From NCBI GenBank assembly GCA_963805715.1, contig CAWDVK010000013.1:80352-144351 (forward strand): DNA of 64,000 nucleotides, given 5' to 3'. The notes beneath the pieces are model-generated. The model ran no database searches. It worked only from the letters and a program-made list of their open reading frames with translations, and had not been told where the DNA came from. This document shows positions 20,701-30,219 of this stretch, in pieces. A program made the translations under genes and the position numbers. This DNA is from an uncultured Actinomycetota bacterium (GTDB taxonomy: Bacteria > Actinomycetota > Actinomycetes > Streptosporangiales > Streptosporangiaceae). Within the stretch, counting starts at the first letter, position 1. Each line of letters starts with the position of its first letter.

Positions 20701-21181
20701 AGGCCGGCTCACGGCCGAACCTGCCGGTCAGCAGCGCCGTCCCGGACGGCGCGATGGCCACGTCGCTCACGGGGCCGAGCGGCAGCCGGCGGGCCCGGCC
20801 CTGGCCGGGGTCGCCGGGTCTCAGCGCGTGCGCCCAGGCCAGGTGCCGGAACGGCTGGCCCGTCGCGGTCACTGCCAGGATCTCGCCGTCCGGCGTCCAC
20901 CCGCACATCCTGGTGGCCTGGTCGCCCCAGTAGGTCAGCCTGGTGCCGTGCCCGCCGTCGGTGCCGGCCAGGAAGATCTCCGGGCTTGCGTCCCGCTGGC
21001 TCGTCCAGGCGATCAGGGCGCCGTCAGGGGAGATCCTGGGATAGCTCGCGGCGGCGTGATCAGCGGAGACCCGCCAGGCGCGGCCGCCAGCGGCCGGTGC
21101 CAGCCAGACATCGCCCTCGGCGACGAAGGTGAGCAGATCGGCATGCACGTGCGGGAACATGAGGTATCCGGCTGAAGCCAT
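17741..21181 (-). CDS. tri: Tricorn protease homolog (S41 peptidase with N-terminal beta-propellers and PDZ)
   Basis: 1146 aa. N-terminal tricorn signature (PRISPDGALIAWTSQRD...IFL) and C-terminal S41 catalytic region (DIRGNSGGH, TDEFAGSDGD). Contains a Gly/Pro/Glu/Arg-rich low-complexity insert of about 90 aa. Confidence 0.85.
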   Translation of the reverse strand: MASAGYLMFPHVHADLLTFVAEGDVWLAPAAGGRAWRVSADHAAASYPRISPDGALIAWTSQRDASPEIFLAGTDGGHGTRLTYWGDQATRMCGWTPDGEILAVTATGQPFRHLAWAHALRPGDPGQGRARRLPLGPVSDVAIAPSGTALLTGRFGREPAFWKRYRGGTAGRLWLGPAGSDSSGAEDGAGQRPGPRFRRLLADLPGQFSSPMLVSGRLAFLSDHEGTGNVYSCALDGSDLRRHTDHDGFYARNASTDGTRVVYHCAGDIWLLEDLGAASEPRRLDIMLGSPAAPRAPRLICGDDHLGSLCCDAAGQASAIEVRGTVHWLTHRDGPARALSVVPGVRARLPQVLGASGLVAWVSDADGEDALEIGASSAADLAPPRRLAAGSLGRVASIAVAPDGSAVAVAALDGRLLVVDVASGDVTELAVSDNREVTGLAWSPDSAWLAWSDPVAPPLRRVRLARPADRSIVDVTDGRFTDTEPVFTADGLHLAFLSRRNFDPVYDAHVFDLSFPYGSRPYLVPLAAPTPSPFGPLPGGRPIGDPQDQDGHEAGSGHGRDGHAPAASPAGPGREPRSGGRAEARGEPGHGGPGGPAEPGDEAADRAGDPAVVVDAEGLPARVVQVPVPESRYSSLRAVKGGLAWLREPVAGSLGQGGAQADDAAPRPVLEYFDLRRRACTELQDDVDWFEASGDGRRLVVSDEGKLTVIPADRKADHDNADDEVRVDLSRARFLADPVALWRAAFAEAGRIMRHDYWVPDMAGIDWDAILDAYRPLLDRIAGQGDFADLLWEVFGELGTSHAYVRPTEDEHPGSGLVGMLGADLEPDDDGAWRFVRVVPGDSSDPRARSPLATPGVRVAPGDVLLAVDGQRVPAGPGPWPLLAGAAGKPVELIVTSAARDQPRRAVALALRDDRRLRYLDWVAGRRRLVRELGQGRLGYLHVPDMVSEGWADFNRDLRSEMALEALIVDIRGNSGGHTSQLVVEKLARRVIGWDVPRGQRADSYPLDAPRGPVVALTDEFAGSDGDIVTAAIRILGLGPVVGARTWGGVVGYDDYHELADGTAITVPRFAFWFSQLGWSVENYGVDPDVEVLQSPDDWAAGHDAQLEAGVRIALEALQASPARTAPATTDRPSRRRPSLPPRQPD

Positions 21182-21280
21182 CGCATCATCGTAGGACCTC
21201 GCCTCCGTCCCGCTCCCGCTGGGCCGAGGGGCCGCAGCCGGCCCGGCCGGGCTCCCCGCGATCGCGCCCGGCCCGGCTGC

Positions 21281-22668
21281 TCAGATCTTCGTCCAGGCCT
21301 CGGTCAGCACGCTGCGCAGGATCTGCTCCATCTCGTCGAAGTGCTCGCGGGTGCAGGTCAGCGGTGGCGACAGCTGGATCACGGGGTCGCCGCGGTCGTC
21401 GGCCCGGCAGATCAGGCCCGCGTCGAAGAGAGCCTGCGACAGGAAGCCGCGCAGCAGCCGCTCCGACTCCTGGTCGCTGAACGTCTCCCTGGTGGCCTTG
21501 TCCTTGACCAGCTCGATGCCGTAGAAGTAGCCGTCACCGCGGACGTCGCCGACGATCGGCAGGTCGCTGAGCTTCTCCAGGGTGGCGCGGAACAAGGCCT
21601 CGTTGGCGCGGACGTTGCCGAGCAGGTCCTCCTTCTCGAACACGTCCAGGCTGGCCAGTGCCACCGCGCACGAAACGGGGTGCCCGGCGAAAGTCACGCC
21701 ATGCAGGAACGTGGCTTGCCCCGAACTGAACGGCTCCATCAGCCGGTCGCTGACCATCATCCCGCCCATCGGGGCATAGCCGGAGGTGACGCCCTTGGCG
21801 AAGGTGATGATGTCAGGGACGTAGTCGTAGCGCTGCGAGCCGAAATAGTGGCCGAGCCGGCCGAAGGCGCAGATCACCTCGTCGGAGACCAGCAGCACGC
21901 CGTACCGGTCGCAGATCTCCCTGACCCGCTGGAAGTAGCCGGGCGGCGGCGGGAAGCACCCCCCGAGTTCTGCACCGGCTCCAGGAAGACGGCGGCCACG
22001 GACTCGGGACCCTCGCGCAGGATGGCGCGCTCGATCTCGTCCGCCGCCCACTGCCCGAACGCGGTCACGTCGTCGGCAACGAACGCCGGCGCGCGGTAGA
22101 AGTTGGTGTTCGGCACCCGCACGCCGCCCGGCGGCAGCGGCTCGAATGGCTCCTTGATGCCGGGCAGGCCGGTGATCGCCAGCGCGCCCATCGAGGTGCC
22201 GTGATAGGCGATGTCGCGGCTGATGACCTTGTAGCGGCCGTACTCGCCGACGGCCTTGAAGTACTGCTTGGCCAGCTTCCAGGCCGACTCGACGGCCTCG
22301 GACCCGCTGGTGGTGAAGAACACCCGGTTCAGGTGGCCCGGCGCGAGGCTGGCCAGCCGCTCTGCCAGCTCGATGGCGCGCGGGTGCGCATAGGACCAGA
22401 GCGGGAAGTAGGCCAGCTTGGCGCTCTGCCGGGCCCCGGCCTCGGCGACCTCGTAGCGGCCGTGCCCGATCTGGCTGACGAACAGGCCGGCCAGGCCATC
22501 CAGGTAGCGCTTGCCGTGCTGGTCGTACACGTACTGGCCGGAGCCGCGCACGATCAGCGGCACATCCGCGTCGGCGTAGGAGGACATCCGGGTGAAGTGC
22601 AGCCACAGGTGGCGCTTGGCCGCCTCCTGCAGCGCGTGGATGTCGAGATTCTCATCGGAGGTTGTCAT
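21281..22668 (-). CDS. Class III (omega) aminotransferase, frameshifted in a G6 homopolymer
   Basis: The N-terminal half (ORF 21874..22668, ...VFLEPVQNSGG) and the C-terminal half (ORF 21281..22606, CFPPPPGYFQ...DEVICAFGR...FAKG) lie in different frames. The shift sits in the run tcggggggtgc near 21950. This is either a sequencing error or a pseudogene. Confidence 0.6.
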
Positions 22669-23198
22669 CTGGTCCCCCAGCTGTAGGTCTGCTTGCAGAG
22701 CTTCAGGTACACGAAGGTCTCGGTTGTGCTCACGCTGGGGATCGAGCGGATCCGGCTGAGGATCTCCAGCAGCTGGTCATCGTCCTCGCAGACGACCTCG
22801 ATCAGCAGGTCGAAGGAGCCGGCCGTAATGACGACATAGTCGATCTCGTCCATACCCGCGAGATGCTCGGCGACCCGCTCGAGGTCGCCGCCGCAGCGGA
22901 TGCCGATCATCGTCTGCCGCGGGAATCCCAGCGTCATCGGGTCCGTCACGGCCACGATCTGCATCGCGCCGACCTCGATCAGCCGCTGCACCCGCTGCCG
23001 GACCGCGGCCTCGGACAGGCCGACTGCCTTCCCGATGGCCGCGTAGGAGCGCCGGCCATCCTGCTGCAGCTGCTCGATGATCTGCTTGGATACGTCGTCC
23101 AGCACGACCCGGATGGTCTCCCGGTCCCGCCCCCCGCCGCCCGCGGAGTTGCGGTGCCGGGCGGCCGAGGGGAGCGAAGCCCCCGGCGTGTGCGCCAT
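22665..23198 (-). CDS. Lrp/AsnC family transcriptional regulator
   Basis: HTH (SYAAIGKAVGLSEAAVRQRVQRL) plus RAM domain. Stop overlaps the aminotransferase start (ATGA), so the two form an operon. Confidence 0.8.
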   Translation of the reverse strand: MAHTPGASLPSAARHRNSAGGGGRDRETIRVVLDDVSKQIIEQLQQDGRRSYAAIGKAVGLSEAAVRQRVQRLIEVGAMQIVAVTDPMTLGFPRQTMIGIRCGGDLERVAEHLAGMDEIDYVVITAGSFDLLIEVVCEDDDQLLEILSRIRSIPSVSTTETFVYLKLCKQTYSWGTR

Positions 23199-23242
23199 GC
23201 GTCTGGACCTCCTTCGCAAGGCAATCGTGCCACGCGATCGGC

Positions 23243-23293
23243 GTCTGTCAACTGATTCCGTAGGTGCTGGACCATTTTGTTACTGATTCACTT
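23243..23293. promoter_or_regulatory. Direct repeats TGT(C/T)ACTGATTC spaced 33 bp apart in the AT-rich divergent promoter between lrp and the aldehyde dehydrogenase gene
   Basis: Seen in the sequence (tgtcaactgattcc and tgttactgattcac). The three-helical-turn spacing is typical of Lrp-type sites. Confidence 0.3.
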
Positions 23294-23396
23294 GTCGCGA
23301 CCAAGAATATCTGTCATCGTCGAACCCTTGACCCGACGGAGCGGACGGCGAGGCCACCAGGCGTGTCCTGCCGCGGCGAGAGGCAGGTCGCTGACG

Positions 23397-24854
23397 TTGA
23401 CGACGAGCACATCCACGCAGGCGGGCCCGCAGGTCCTGCAGAACTTTGTCGGCGGCGAGCAGCAGCCCGCCGCCAGCGGGCAGGCCAGCGACGTCGTGGA
23501 CCCGAGCACCGGCGAGGCCTATGCGCGGGCGCCGGTGTCAGACAGCAGCGATGTTGACGCGGCGCTGCGGGCGGCCGCCGCGGCATTCGAGACATGGCGT
23601 GACACGACGCCAGCTGAGCGCAGCCTGGCCCTGCTCAGGTTCGCTGACGCGATCGAGGCCAGGGCCGAGGACCTGGTGGCCGCCGAGTCACGCAATACCG
23701 GCAAGCCGGTGGAGATGACCCGGTCGGATGAGGTGCCGCCGCTCGCGGACGAGCTGCGCTTCTTCGCCGGGGCGGCGAGGATCGCCGAAGGCCGCTCGGC
23801 CGGCGAGTACCTGCGCGGTCACACGTCCATGATCCGGCGCGAGCCGGTCGGGGTCTGCGCCCAGGTCACGCCGTGGAACTACCCGATGATGATGGCCGTC
23901 TGGAAGTTCGCCCCGGCCCTCGCGGCCGGCAACACCGTGGTGCTCAAGCCATCCGACACCACCCCGGTCTCCACGCTGCTGCTGGCGGAGATCGCCGCGG
24001 AGTTCCTGCCGCCCGGCGTCTTCAACGTGATCTGCGGAGATCGCGACACCGGCCGGGCCCTGGTCAGCCACCCGATCCCGCAGATGGTGTCCATCACCGG
24101 GTCCGTGCGGGCGGGCACCGAGGTCGCGCTGGCCGCGGCGGCCGGCCTGAAGCGGGTGCACCTGGAGCTCGGCGGGAAGGCTCCGGTGGTCGTCTTCGAC
24201 GATGCGGACGTGACGCGGGCCGCGCGCGAGATCGCCGACGGCGGCTACTACAACGCCGGCCAGGACTGCACCGCGGCCACCAGGGTGCTGGCCGGGCCCG
24301 GCGTCAGCGCCGACCTGGCCGATGCGCTGGCTGGGCAGGCGCGCGGGCGCAAGGCCGGCGGCCTGGACGTGCCCGACGCCGACTTCGGCCCGCTGAACAA
24401 CCCGGCCCAGCTCGCCCGGGTCGAGGGCTTCCTGCAGCGTGCGCCCGGTCACGCCACGGTGCTGGCCGGCGGCCACCGGGTCGGGGACCGCGGCTACTGC
24501 TTCGCGCCCACGGTCGTGGCCGGTCTGCGGCAGGACGATGAGATGATCCAGGAGGAGATCTTCGGCCCGGTGATCACCGTGCAGCAGTTCGGCTCGGAGG
24601 ACGAGGCGGTCCGCTGGGCCAACGGCGTCAAGTACGGCCTGGCGGCCAGCGTCTGGACGCGTGATCACGGCCGGGCCATGCGCACGGTCCGGCAGCTTGA
24701 CTTCGGCGCGGTCTGGATCAACACCCATATCCCGTTCGCGTCCGAGATGCCGCACGGCGGGTTCAAGCACTCCGGCTACGGCAAGGACCTGTCGATCTAC
24801 GGCTTCGAGGACTACACCCGGATCAAGCACGTCATGAGCAATATCGAGGCCTGA
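23397..24854 (+). CDS. NAD-dependent aldehyde dehydrogenase (aminobutyraldehyde/betaine-aldehyde DH-like)
   Basis: ALDH motifs VTPWNYP, ELGGKAP, Cys in GQDCTAAT and EEIFGPV. The start is uncertain; a TTG near 23397 is assumed, while the track ORF extends to 23277. Confidence 0.8.
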   Translation: MTTSTSTQAGPQVLQNFVGGEQQPAASGQASDVVDPSTGEAYARAPVSDSSDVDAALRAAAAAFETWRDTTPAERSLALLRFADAIEARAEDLVAAESRNTGKPVEMTRSDEVPPLADELRFFAGAARIAEGRSAGEYLRGHTSMIRREPVGVCAQVTPWNYPMMMAVWKFAPALAAGNTVVLKPSDTTPVSTLLLAEIAAEFLPPGVFNVICGDRDTGRALVSHPIPQMVSITGSVRAGTEVALAAAAGLKRVHLELGGKAPVVVFDDADVTRAAREIADGGYYNAGQDCTAATRVLAGPGVSADLADALAGQARGRKAGGLDVPDADFGPLNNPAQLARVEGFLQRAPGHATVLAGGHRVGDRGYCFAPTVVAGLRQDDEMIQEEIFGPVITVQQFGSEDEAVRWANGVKYGLAASVWTRDHGRAMRTVRQLDFGAVWINTHIPFASEMPHGGFKHSGYGKDLSIYGFEDYTRIKHVMSNIEA

Positions 24855-25127
24855 CCGCAGTCGCACGCCACTGTCATGGCCACAGCTCGGGTGCGCGACG
24901 CGCTGGCGCGCGCACGGCCAGTGCCCTACTGGCTGGATCAGCCCGGCGCCCCGCTCAGCCAGCCGGACGACGACCGCGAGCAGCCGCCGGCCGCTGACGG
25001 GCACGCCGAGCGCCCTGGCCCTGGCCTCCGCCTCGGCCGGGTCGTGGTGCCGTGACCGAGGAAGGCGGACAGGATCGTGCGGTGCGCCTGGCGCTCCAGC
25101 AGGCCGCGGTGAGCTGCGGTCCCTTCA

Positions 25128-26423
25128 GTGGGTACGAAGCAGCCCAGGAGGCCTGAGGTGGACATTCAGTTCGGGGGACTGCTGGTCATTGCGGCCGCGG
25201 CCGTCATCGCGCCGCTGCTGGCCCGGCTCATGTCCCGGCGGTTCCTGCCGCCGGTCGTGGTCGAGGTCCTGATCGGCGTCCTGGTGGGCCCGCAGGCGCT
25301 CGGCCTGGTCCGGCCCACCGGCGCGGTCGAGGTGCTGTACCTGCTCGGCTTCGGGTTCCTGCTGTTCCTGGCCGGCCAGGAAGTGGAGCCCCGGCGGTTC
25401 CGCGGCCCGAGCTTCCGGCTGGCCGGGCTGAACTTCATCGTCTGCCTCGGGCTGGCCGCCCTGGCCACGCTCGCGCTCCGGCTGCTCGCGCCGGGCGCTG
25501 ACTTCCGGCTGCTCGCGCTCGCCCTGACGGCGACCTCGGTCGGCGTGGTGGTGCCGGTGCTGCGCGACGCCGGGGAGATCAGCACCGACTTCGGGCAGCT
25601 CGTCATCATGGCCGGATCGGTGGGCGAGTTCGGCGCGCTGCTGCTGCTCACCATCCTGTTCTCCGCTGACCCGGAGCCCACCGCGGTGCAGGTGCTGTAC
25701 GTCGCGGTGCTGGGAGCCGTGGCCATCGCCGGATCCTTCCTGCTGCGGCGGCTGTGGCAGTCCGGCTGGCTGGGCCGGGTGCTGCGGGAGACCGACGAGA
25801 ACACCTCGCAGCTGCGGATCCGCGGCGCGTTCCTGATCCTGCTGATCTTCGTGGCACTGGCCCGCAAATTCGGGGTTGACTCGCTGCTCGGCGCGTTCAT
25901 CGCCGGCATCGTGCTGGGCTTCGCCGACAGCGACGACCGCCCGACTCAGGCGCGGTATCAGGGCAAGCTGCGGGCCATCGGATACGGCTTCCTGGTCCCG
26001 GTGTTCTTCATCGTGACCGGCGTTCAGTTCGACGTGCGATCGCTGTTCGCCAGCGCGTCATCGCTGGCGCTGCTGCCGGCCCTGCTGGTGGCCATCCTGC
26101 TGGCGCGGGCCGCCCCCGCGCTGATGTACCGGCGCCGGGTCGGGACGAGGCCCGCCCTGGCGGCCGGGCTGCTGCAGGCCACCACGCTCACCTTCCCGGT
26201 GGTCGTGGCGGAGGTCGGCCGCAGCCTGGACCTGCTGCCGGAGGCGACCGCGGCCGCGCTCATCGGCGCCGCGCTGCTGTCGGTCCTGGCCTTCCCCGCG
26301 GCCGCGCTGGCGCTCCGGCCGTGGACCCGCCCGGGCAGCCCGCAGCCGGCTGGTCCCGCTGATCAGCCCGCAGCTGGCCGGGGCCGGGATTCCCGCGGGC
26401 CGGCCGACCTGGCGGACACCTGA
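25128..26423 (+). CDS. Cation:proton antiporter (CPA family Na+/H+ exchanger)
   Basis: About 12 TM helices and CPA-type N-terminal helices (VVVEVLIGVLVGPQALGLV). Confidence 0.75.
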   Translation: MGTKQPRRPEVDIQFGGLLVIAAAAVIAPLLARLMSRRFLPPVVVEVLIGVLVGPQALGLVRPTGAVEVLYLLGFGFLLFLAGQEVEPRRFRGPSFRLAGLNFIVCLGLAALATLALRLLAPGADFRLLALALTATSVGVVVPVLRDAGEISTDFGQLVIMAGSVGEFGALLLLTILFSADPEPTAVQVLYVAVLGAVAIAGSFLLRRLWQSGWLGRVLRETDENTSQLRIRGAFLILLIFVALARKFGVDSLLGAFIAGIVLGFADSDDRPTQARYQGKLRAIGYGFLVPVFFIVTGVQFDVRSLFASASSLALLPALLVAILLARAAPALMYRRRVGTRPALAAGLLQATTLTFPVVVAEVGRSLDLLPEATAAALIGAALLSVLAFPAAALALRPWTRPGSPQPAGPADQPAAGRGRDSRGPADLADT

Positions 26424-26565
26424 CACCGGGTGCGCCAGGCGCCCCGGCTCTTTACATAGTGTCATTTGGCCGCGGCCGGCTCCGGGGGCAGACTTGACGG
26501 CAGGCAGGTGAGCGCGGCCGCTTCGGCGTCCGCGCGACGCGGCGGCGGCAGAAAGGCGTAGCGGC

Positions 26566-28083
26566 ATGGGCCAGGGCGGCACGGGTGCAGGCAGGCATGT
26601 CACGCACTGGATCGGCGGTAAGCCGTGGACGGGTGACGCCGCGCAGCGCGGCGACATCTTCAACCCGGCGACCGGGCAGGTGACCGGCACGGTGGACTTT
26701 GCCGGGACGGCCGAGGTCGGGGCCGCCGTGGCGGCGGCCGCCGGGGCCCTGCCGGACTGGCGGGAGACCTCCCTGGTCAGGCGGGCCGGCATCATGTTCG
26801 CCTTCCGGGAGCTGATCCGGTCGCACCAGGACGAGCTGGCCGCCCTGATCACCCGCGAGCACGGCAAGGTGGCCGCCGACGCTGCTGGCGAGGTGGCCAG
26901 GGGCCTGGAGGTGGTGGACTTCGCCTGCGGCATCCCGCACCTGCTCAAGGGCGCATTCTCGGAGAACGTGTCGGCCGGCGTGGACGCCTACTCGATCCGC
27001 CAGCCGGTCGGGGTGGTGGCCGGGATCACGCCCTTCAACTTCCCGGCGATGGTGCCCATGTGGATGTTCCCCATCGCGATCGCCTGCGGCAATACCTTCG
27101 TGCTCAAGCCGTCCGAGAAGGACCCGTCCCCGTCCATCCGGGTCGCCGAGCTGCTGGCCGAGGCCGGGCTGCCCGACGGCGTGTTCAACGTGGTGCACGG
27201 CAGCAAGGACGCGGTGGACGCCCTGCTCACCCACCCCGATGTCCGCGCGGTTAGCTTCGTGGGATCGACGCCGATCGCCCGTTATGTATCCGAGCACGGG
27301 ACAGCGGCGGGCAAGCGCGTGCAGGCGCTCGGCGGCGCGAAGAACCACATGGTCGTGCTGCCGGACGCGGACCTGGACCTGGCCGCCGACGCAGCCGTCT
27401 CGGCCGGATTCGGCTCCGCGGGGGAGCGCTGCATGGCCATCTCGGTGGTCGTGGCGGTCGACCCGGTCGGCGACGAGCTGGTGGCCAGGATCTCCGAGCG
27501 GATCGCCCGGCTCCGCGTCGGGCCCGGCGACGACCCGGCCTCGGAGATGGGCCCGCTGGTCACCGGGGCGCACCGGGACAAGGTGGCGTCCTATCTCCAT
27601 TCCGGCGTGGCCGACGGCGCGGTGCTGGCGGTCGACGGCCGCCAGCATGCGATCGACGGCCCGGCTGACGGCTTCTGGCTCGGGCCGAGCGTGCTCGATC
27701 ACGTCACCCCGGCCATGAGCTGTTACGCCGACGAGATCTTCGGCCCGGTCCTGTCGGTCGTCCGGGCGGGCAGCTACGCCGAGGCGCTGGACGTCATCAA
27801 CGGCAACCCGTACGGGAACGGCACGGCAATCTTCACCAGCGACGGGGGAGCGGCCCGCCGGTTCACCCACGAGGTGGAGGTCGGCATGGTCGGCATCAAC
27901 GTGCCGATCCCGGTGCCGATGGCCTTCTACTCCTTCGGCGGCTGGAAGTCGTCGCTGTTCGGCGACACGCACGTGCACGGCACCGAGGGCGTCCATTTCT
28001 ACACCCGCGGCAAGGCGGTCACGTCCCGCTGGCTGGATCCCAGCCACGGCGGCGTGAACCTCGGCTTCCCGGTGAACCGCTAG
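26566..28083 (+). CDS. mmsA: CoA-acylating methylmalonate/malonate-semialdehyde dehydrogenase
   Basis: Signature motifs HWIGGK, GITPFNFPAMVPMWMFP, GERCMA and GINVPIPVPMAFYSFGGWKSSLFGD. Confidence 0.9.
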   Translation: MGQGGTGAGRHVTHWIGGKPWTGDAAQRGDIFNPATGQVTGTVDFAGTAEVGAAVAAAAGALPDWRETSLVRRAGIMFAFRELIRSHQDELAALITREHGKVAADAAGEVARGLEVVDFACGIPHLLKGAFSENVSAGVDAYSIRQPVGVVAGITPFNFPAMVPMWMFPIAIACGNTFVLKPSEKDPSPSIRVAELLAEAGLPDGVFNVVHGSKDAVDALLTHPDVRAVSFVGSTPIARYVSEHGTAAGKRVQALGGAKNHMVVLPDADLDLAADAAVSAGFGSAGERCMAISVVVAVDPVGDELVARISERIARLRVGPGDDPASEMGPLVTGAHRDKVASYLHSGVADGAVLAVDGRQHAIDGPADGFWLGPSVLDHVTPAMSCYADEIFGPVLSVVRAGSYAEALDVINGNPYGNGTAIFTSDGGAARRFTHEVEVGMVGINVPIPVPMAFYSFGGWKSSLFGDTHVHGTEGVHFYTRGKAVTSRWLDPSHGGVNLGFPVNR

Positions 28084-28299
28084 CCCATCCTCGCCCGCCG
28101 CGGAACACCCGCGACCCGAGGAAGCGCGCGCAGCCGCTCCACGTATTGGGCGCGCTCGGGTTAGCGCAGTTGCTTCATGAACGCGATGGCTCTGCAGATC
28201 TCCCGTCAGCCCACGGGGTCTGGTGCGAGTTCACCCCCAACCAGGCGTGGTATCTGTGCGACGAGATCGCCTGCTATCTCGCCTAACGGGTAGATCCGA

Positions 28300-28336
28300 C
28301 AGAAGCGCCCCAGAGTTACGGCCCTGGGGCGTTCTG
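28300..28336. terminator. Hairpin cagaagcgccccag-N10-ctggggcgttctg between convergent mmsA and the 28393..28764 gene
   Basis: Imperfect 12-13 bp inverted repeat seen in the sequence. Candidate bidirectional terminator. Confidence 0.35.
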
Positions 28337-28392
28337 CGTGGCGGACGCAGGTGGCGCCGATGCTGTGGCCGACGAGCGGCATTGCCGGCGCA

Positions 28393-28764
28393 TCAGCCTT
28401 CGTCTTCATCCGCCTGTATGTCGAGCCCCCCCACATCGATGTCGGGACGTGCGGCGGCACGCCGACCGCTGGCCGTCTGCCAGTAGGTCTCCTTGCCCAG
28501 CAGCGATTCACCGAACCGGTCGAACTCGGCGATCACCTTCTGCGTTGCGGCGCTGACCGCCTCGCGAGTCCGGTCGCCCAGTTCCTCCAGCTGCCGGGTC
28601 ACCTCAAGCCGGATGTGAGCGGCAACCTCGTCCTGCGCCAGGGCTCGCAGCTCCTTCTTCGCCTCGCGTACCGCGGCCCGCAGATCCTTGGTGGCGGCGT
28701 GGGCTTCGCGGATCATCTCGCGGCATTCGGCAGCGGCCGCTTCCAGCCGGTCGAGCTCGCTCAC
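28393..28764 (-). CDS. Hypothetical coiled-coil protein
   Basis: 123 aa, charged and helical (EAHAATKDLRAAVREAKKELRALAQDEVAAHIRLE). Confidence 0.4.
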   Translation of the reverse strand: MSELDRLEAAAAECREMIREAHAATKDLRAAVREAKKELRALAQDEVAAHIRLEVTRQLEELGDRTREAVSAATQKVIAEFDRFGESLLGKETYWQTASGRRAAARPDIDVGGLDIQADEDEG

Positions 28765-29032
28765 AGCATCCTCCCCGCTGGCCGGCGCGTCCGGGGTCGT
28801 TCCCCTGTCCGGCCGGCAATCGATTTGAGCGCACCGCGGTGGCCTCGCCGAACGTCAGCAGAGGGGCCGGCCAGCGACCACGGTGCGCCATCCGCCCCCG
28901 GCTTCCGTTTCATGGGCCTGCGGCCAGGGGCCGGATTTCTTTCTGTGCAATCCTCCAGGAACCGAAGCGGCATGTCATCACTGTGAGGACGCGGCCGGTC
29001 ATGCCGCGGGGCTGCGCCGTGCTGCCCGCCGG

Positions 29033-29872
29033 CTAGCTGCAGGCCGGGTCCAGCGGCACGGTGGCTGCCGACAGCACGTGCAGGTAGGTGTTCAGCGCGT
29101 GGGCGCAGCCGATGCTCCACTTCGCCTTCCCCAGCGAGTTGATCGCGTACCCGGCGGTGACGGGCTGGTAGTTATCGGTGGCATCGACCGGGAAGTACGG
29201 GACGACGTCGACCTGGTTGTAGATCCGCCATGACACGGTGCTGAGACCGCCGTAGCGCGCGGCGAAGGTGGCGTCTCCCACCCGTGGCGAGGCAAATGTC
29301 CACGCCTGCGGCTTCAGCGGCGTGTTCGCGGTCACGTCGGCGACCAGGAGCGTCGCCAGCGCGCCGCCCAGGCTGTGGCCGCACACCACCATGGGCAGCG
29401 CAGCAGGATCAAGATCGACGGCAAGGCCGTCCGCGGCCGCCTGCGCGACATCGGCGGCGAAGGTGGCAGGCGCCGGCGTGCTCTCCTGCTGGCCCGGGGT
29501 CATCGTGCCGAGGGTGCTGTAGATGTCGAGGAAGCCCTGGGCGACCTTTCCGCCGTCGGGAACCTGGGTGAACGGCACCAGATCCCAGTGCAGGTCATCC
29601 CACCATTCCGTGGTCGTGGCGGTGCCGCGTAACGCGACCACCGCGGTCTTGGGGTCACCGCCCGCGGCGACGAAACCGTAGAAGACACGCGACTGCCCGG
29701 GACCGAGGAAGTCGGACATCTGAATCGTGCGCACCAGCGTGTAGCCGGCGGGCATGTTCTTGATCACAGCCGGATTGACCTGACCGGGATCACTGGTGTA
29801 CTGAGCGGCTGCGGCCTCAATGAAGGGCCCCCAGGTGACCGCCGTTGCCGGATTCATGACGTTGGTAGGCAT
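29033..29872 (-). CDS. Class 3 (fungal-type) lipase family protein
   Basis: Nucleophile elbow GHSLGGALATL. No signal peptide found. Confidence 0.75.
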   Translation of the reverse strand: MPTNVMNPATAVTWGPFIEAAAAQYTSDPGQVNPAVIKNMPAGYTLVRTIQMSDFLGPGQSRVFYGFVAAGGDPKTAVVALRGTATTTEWWDDLHWDLVPFTQVPDGGKVAQGFLDIYSTLGTMTPGQQESTPAPATFAADVAQAAADGLAVDLDPAALPMVVCGHSLGGALATLLVADVTANTPLKPQAWTFASPRVGDATFAARYGGLSTVSWRIYNQVDVVPYFPVDATDNYQPVTAGYAINSLGKAKWSIGCAHALNTYLHVLSAATVPLDPACS

Positions 29873-30219
29873 GCCGTGGCCTCATTTCATCGAACCGGTG
29901 GTCGCGAAGCGCGATACGGGCCCGGCACCTGCCGGCCACTCAGCCCGATGCGGCGCTCCGAGAAACAGCATTCGCCTCCGGCTGGCCAGACGCAAGCGCG
30001 TGACGCTCCTCCGGCCGGCTCTACTCGGCTTCCGGAGAGCCTGCCGCCTCGCGTTCGATGCCGGAGGCCATCCCTGCTGCGCGGGCGGGCGAGGAGCCTG
30101 GCACCGGGCGTAAGCGGGTCTCGAGTGGTATCAATTTCGTAAGCCGGGCCTGCGTTCCGCGGGGGAGACCCTGGCAGGGCGTTCGCTGGTGATGCGTGAC
30201 CGGCGGGAGGTGGCGGACC

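Noticed and set aside
26452-28047. 531-aa ORF on the minus strand
   Set aside because: Antisense to mmsA, whose motifs are unambiguous.
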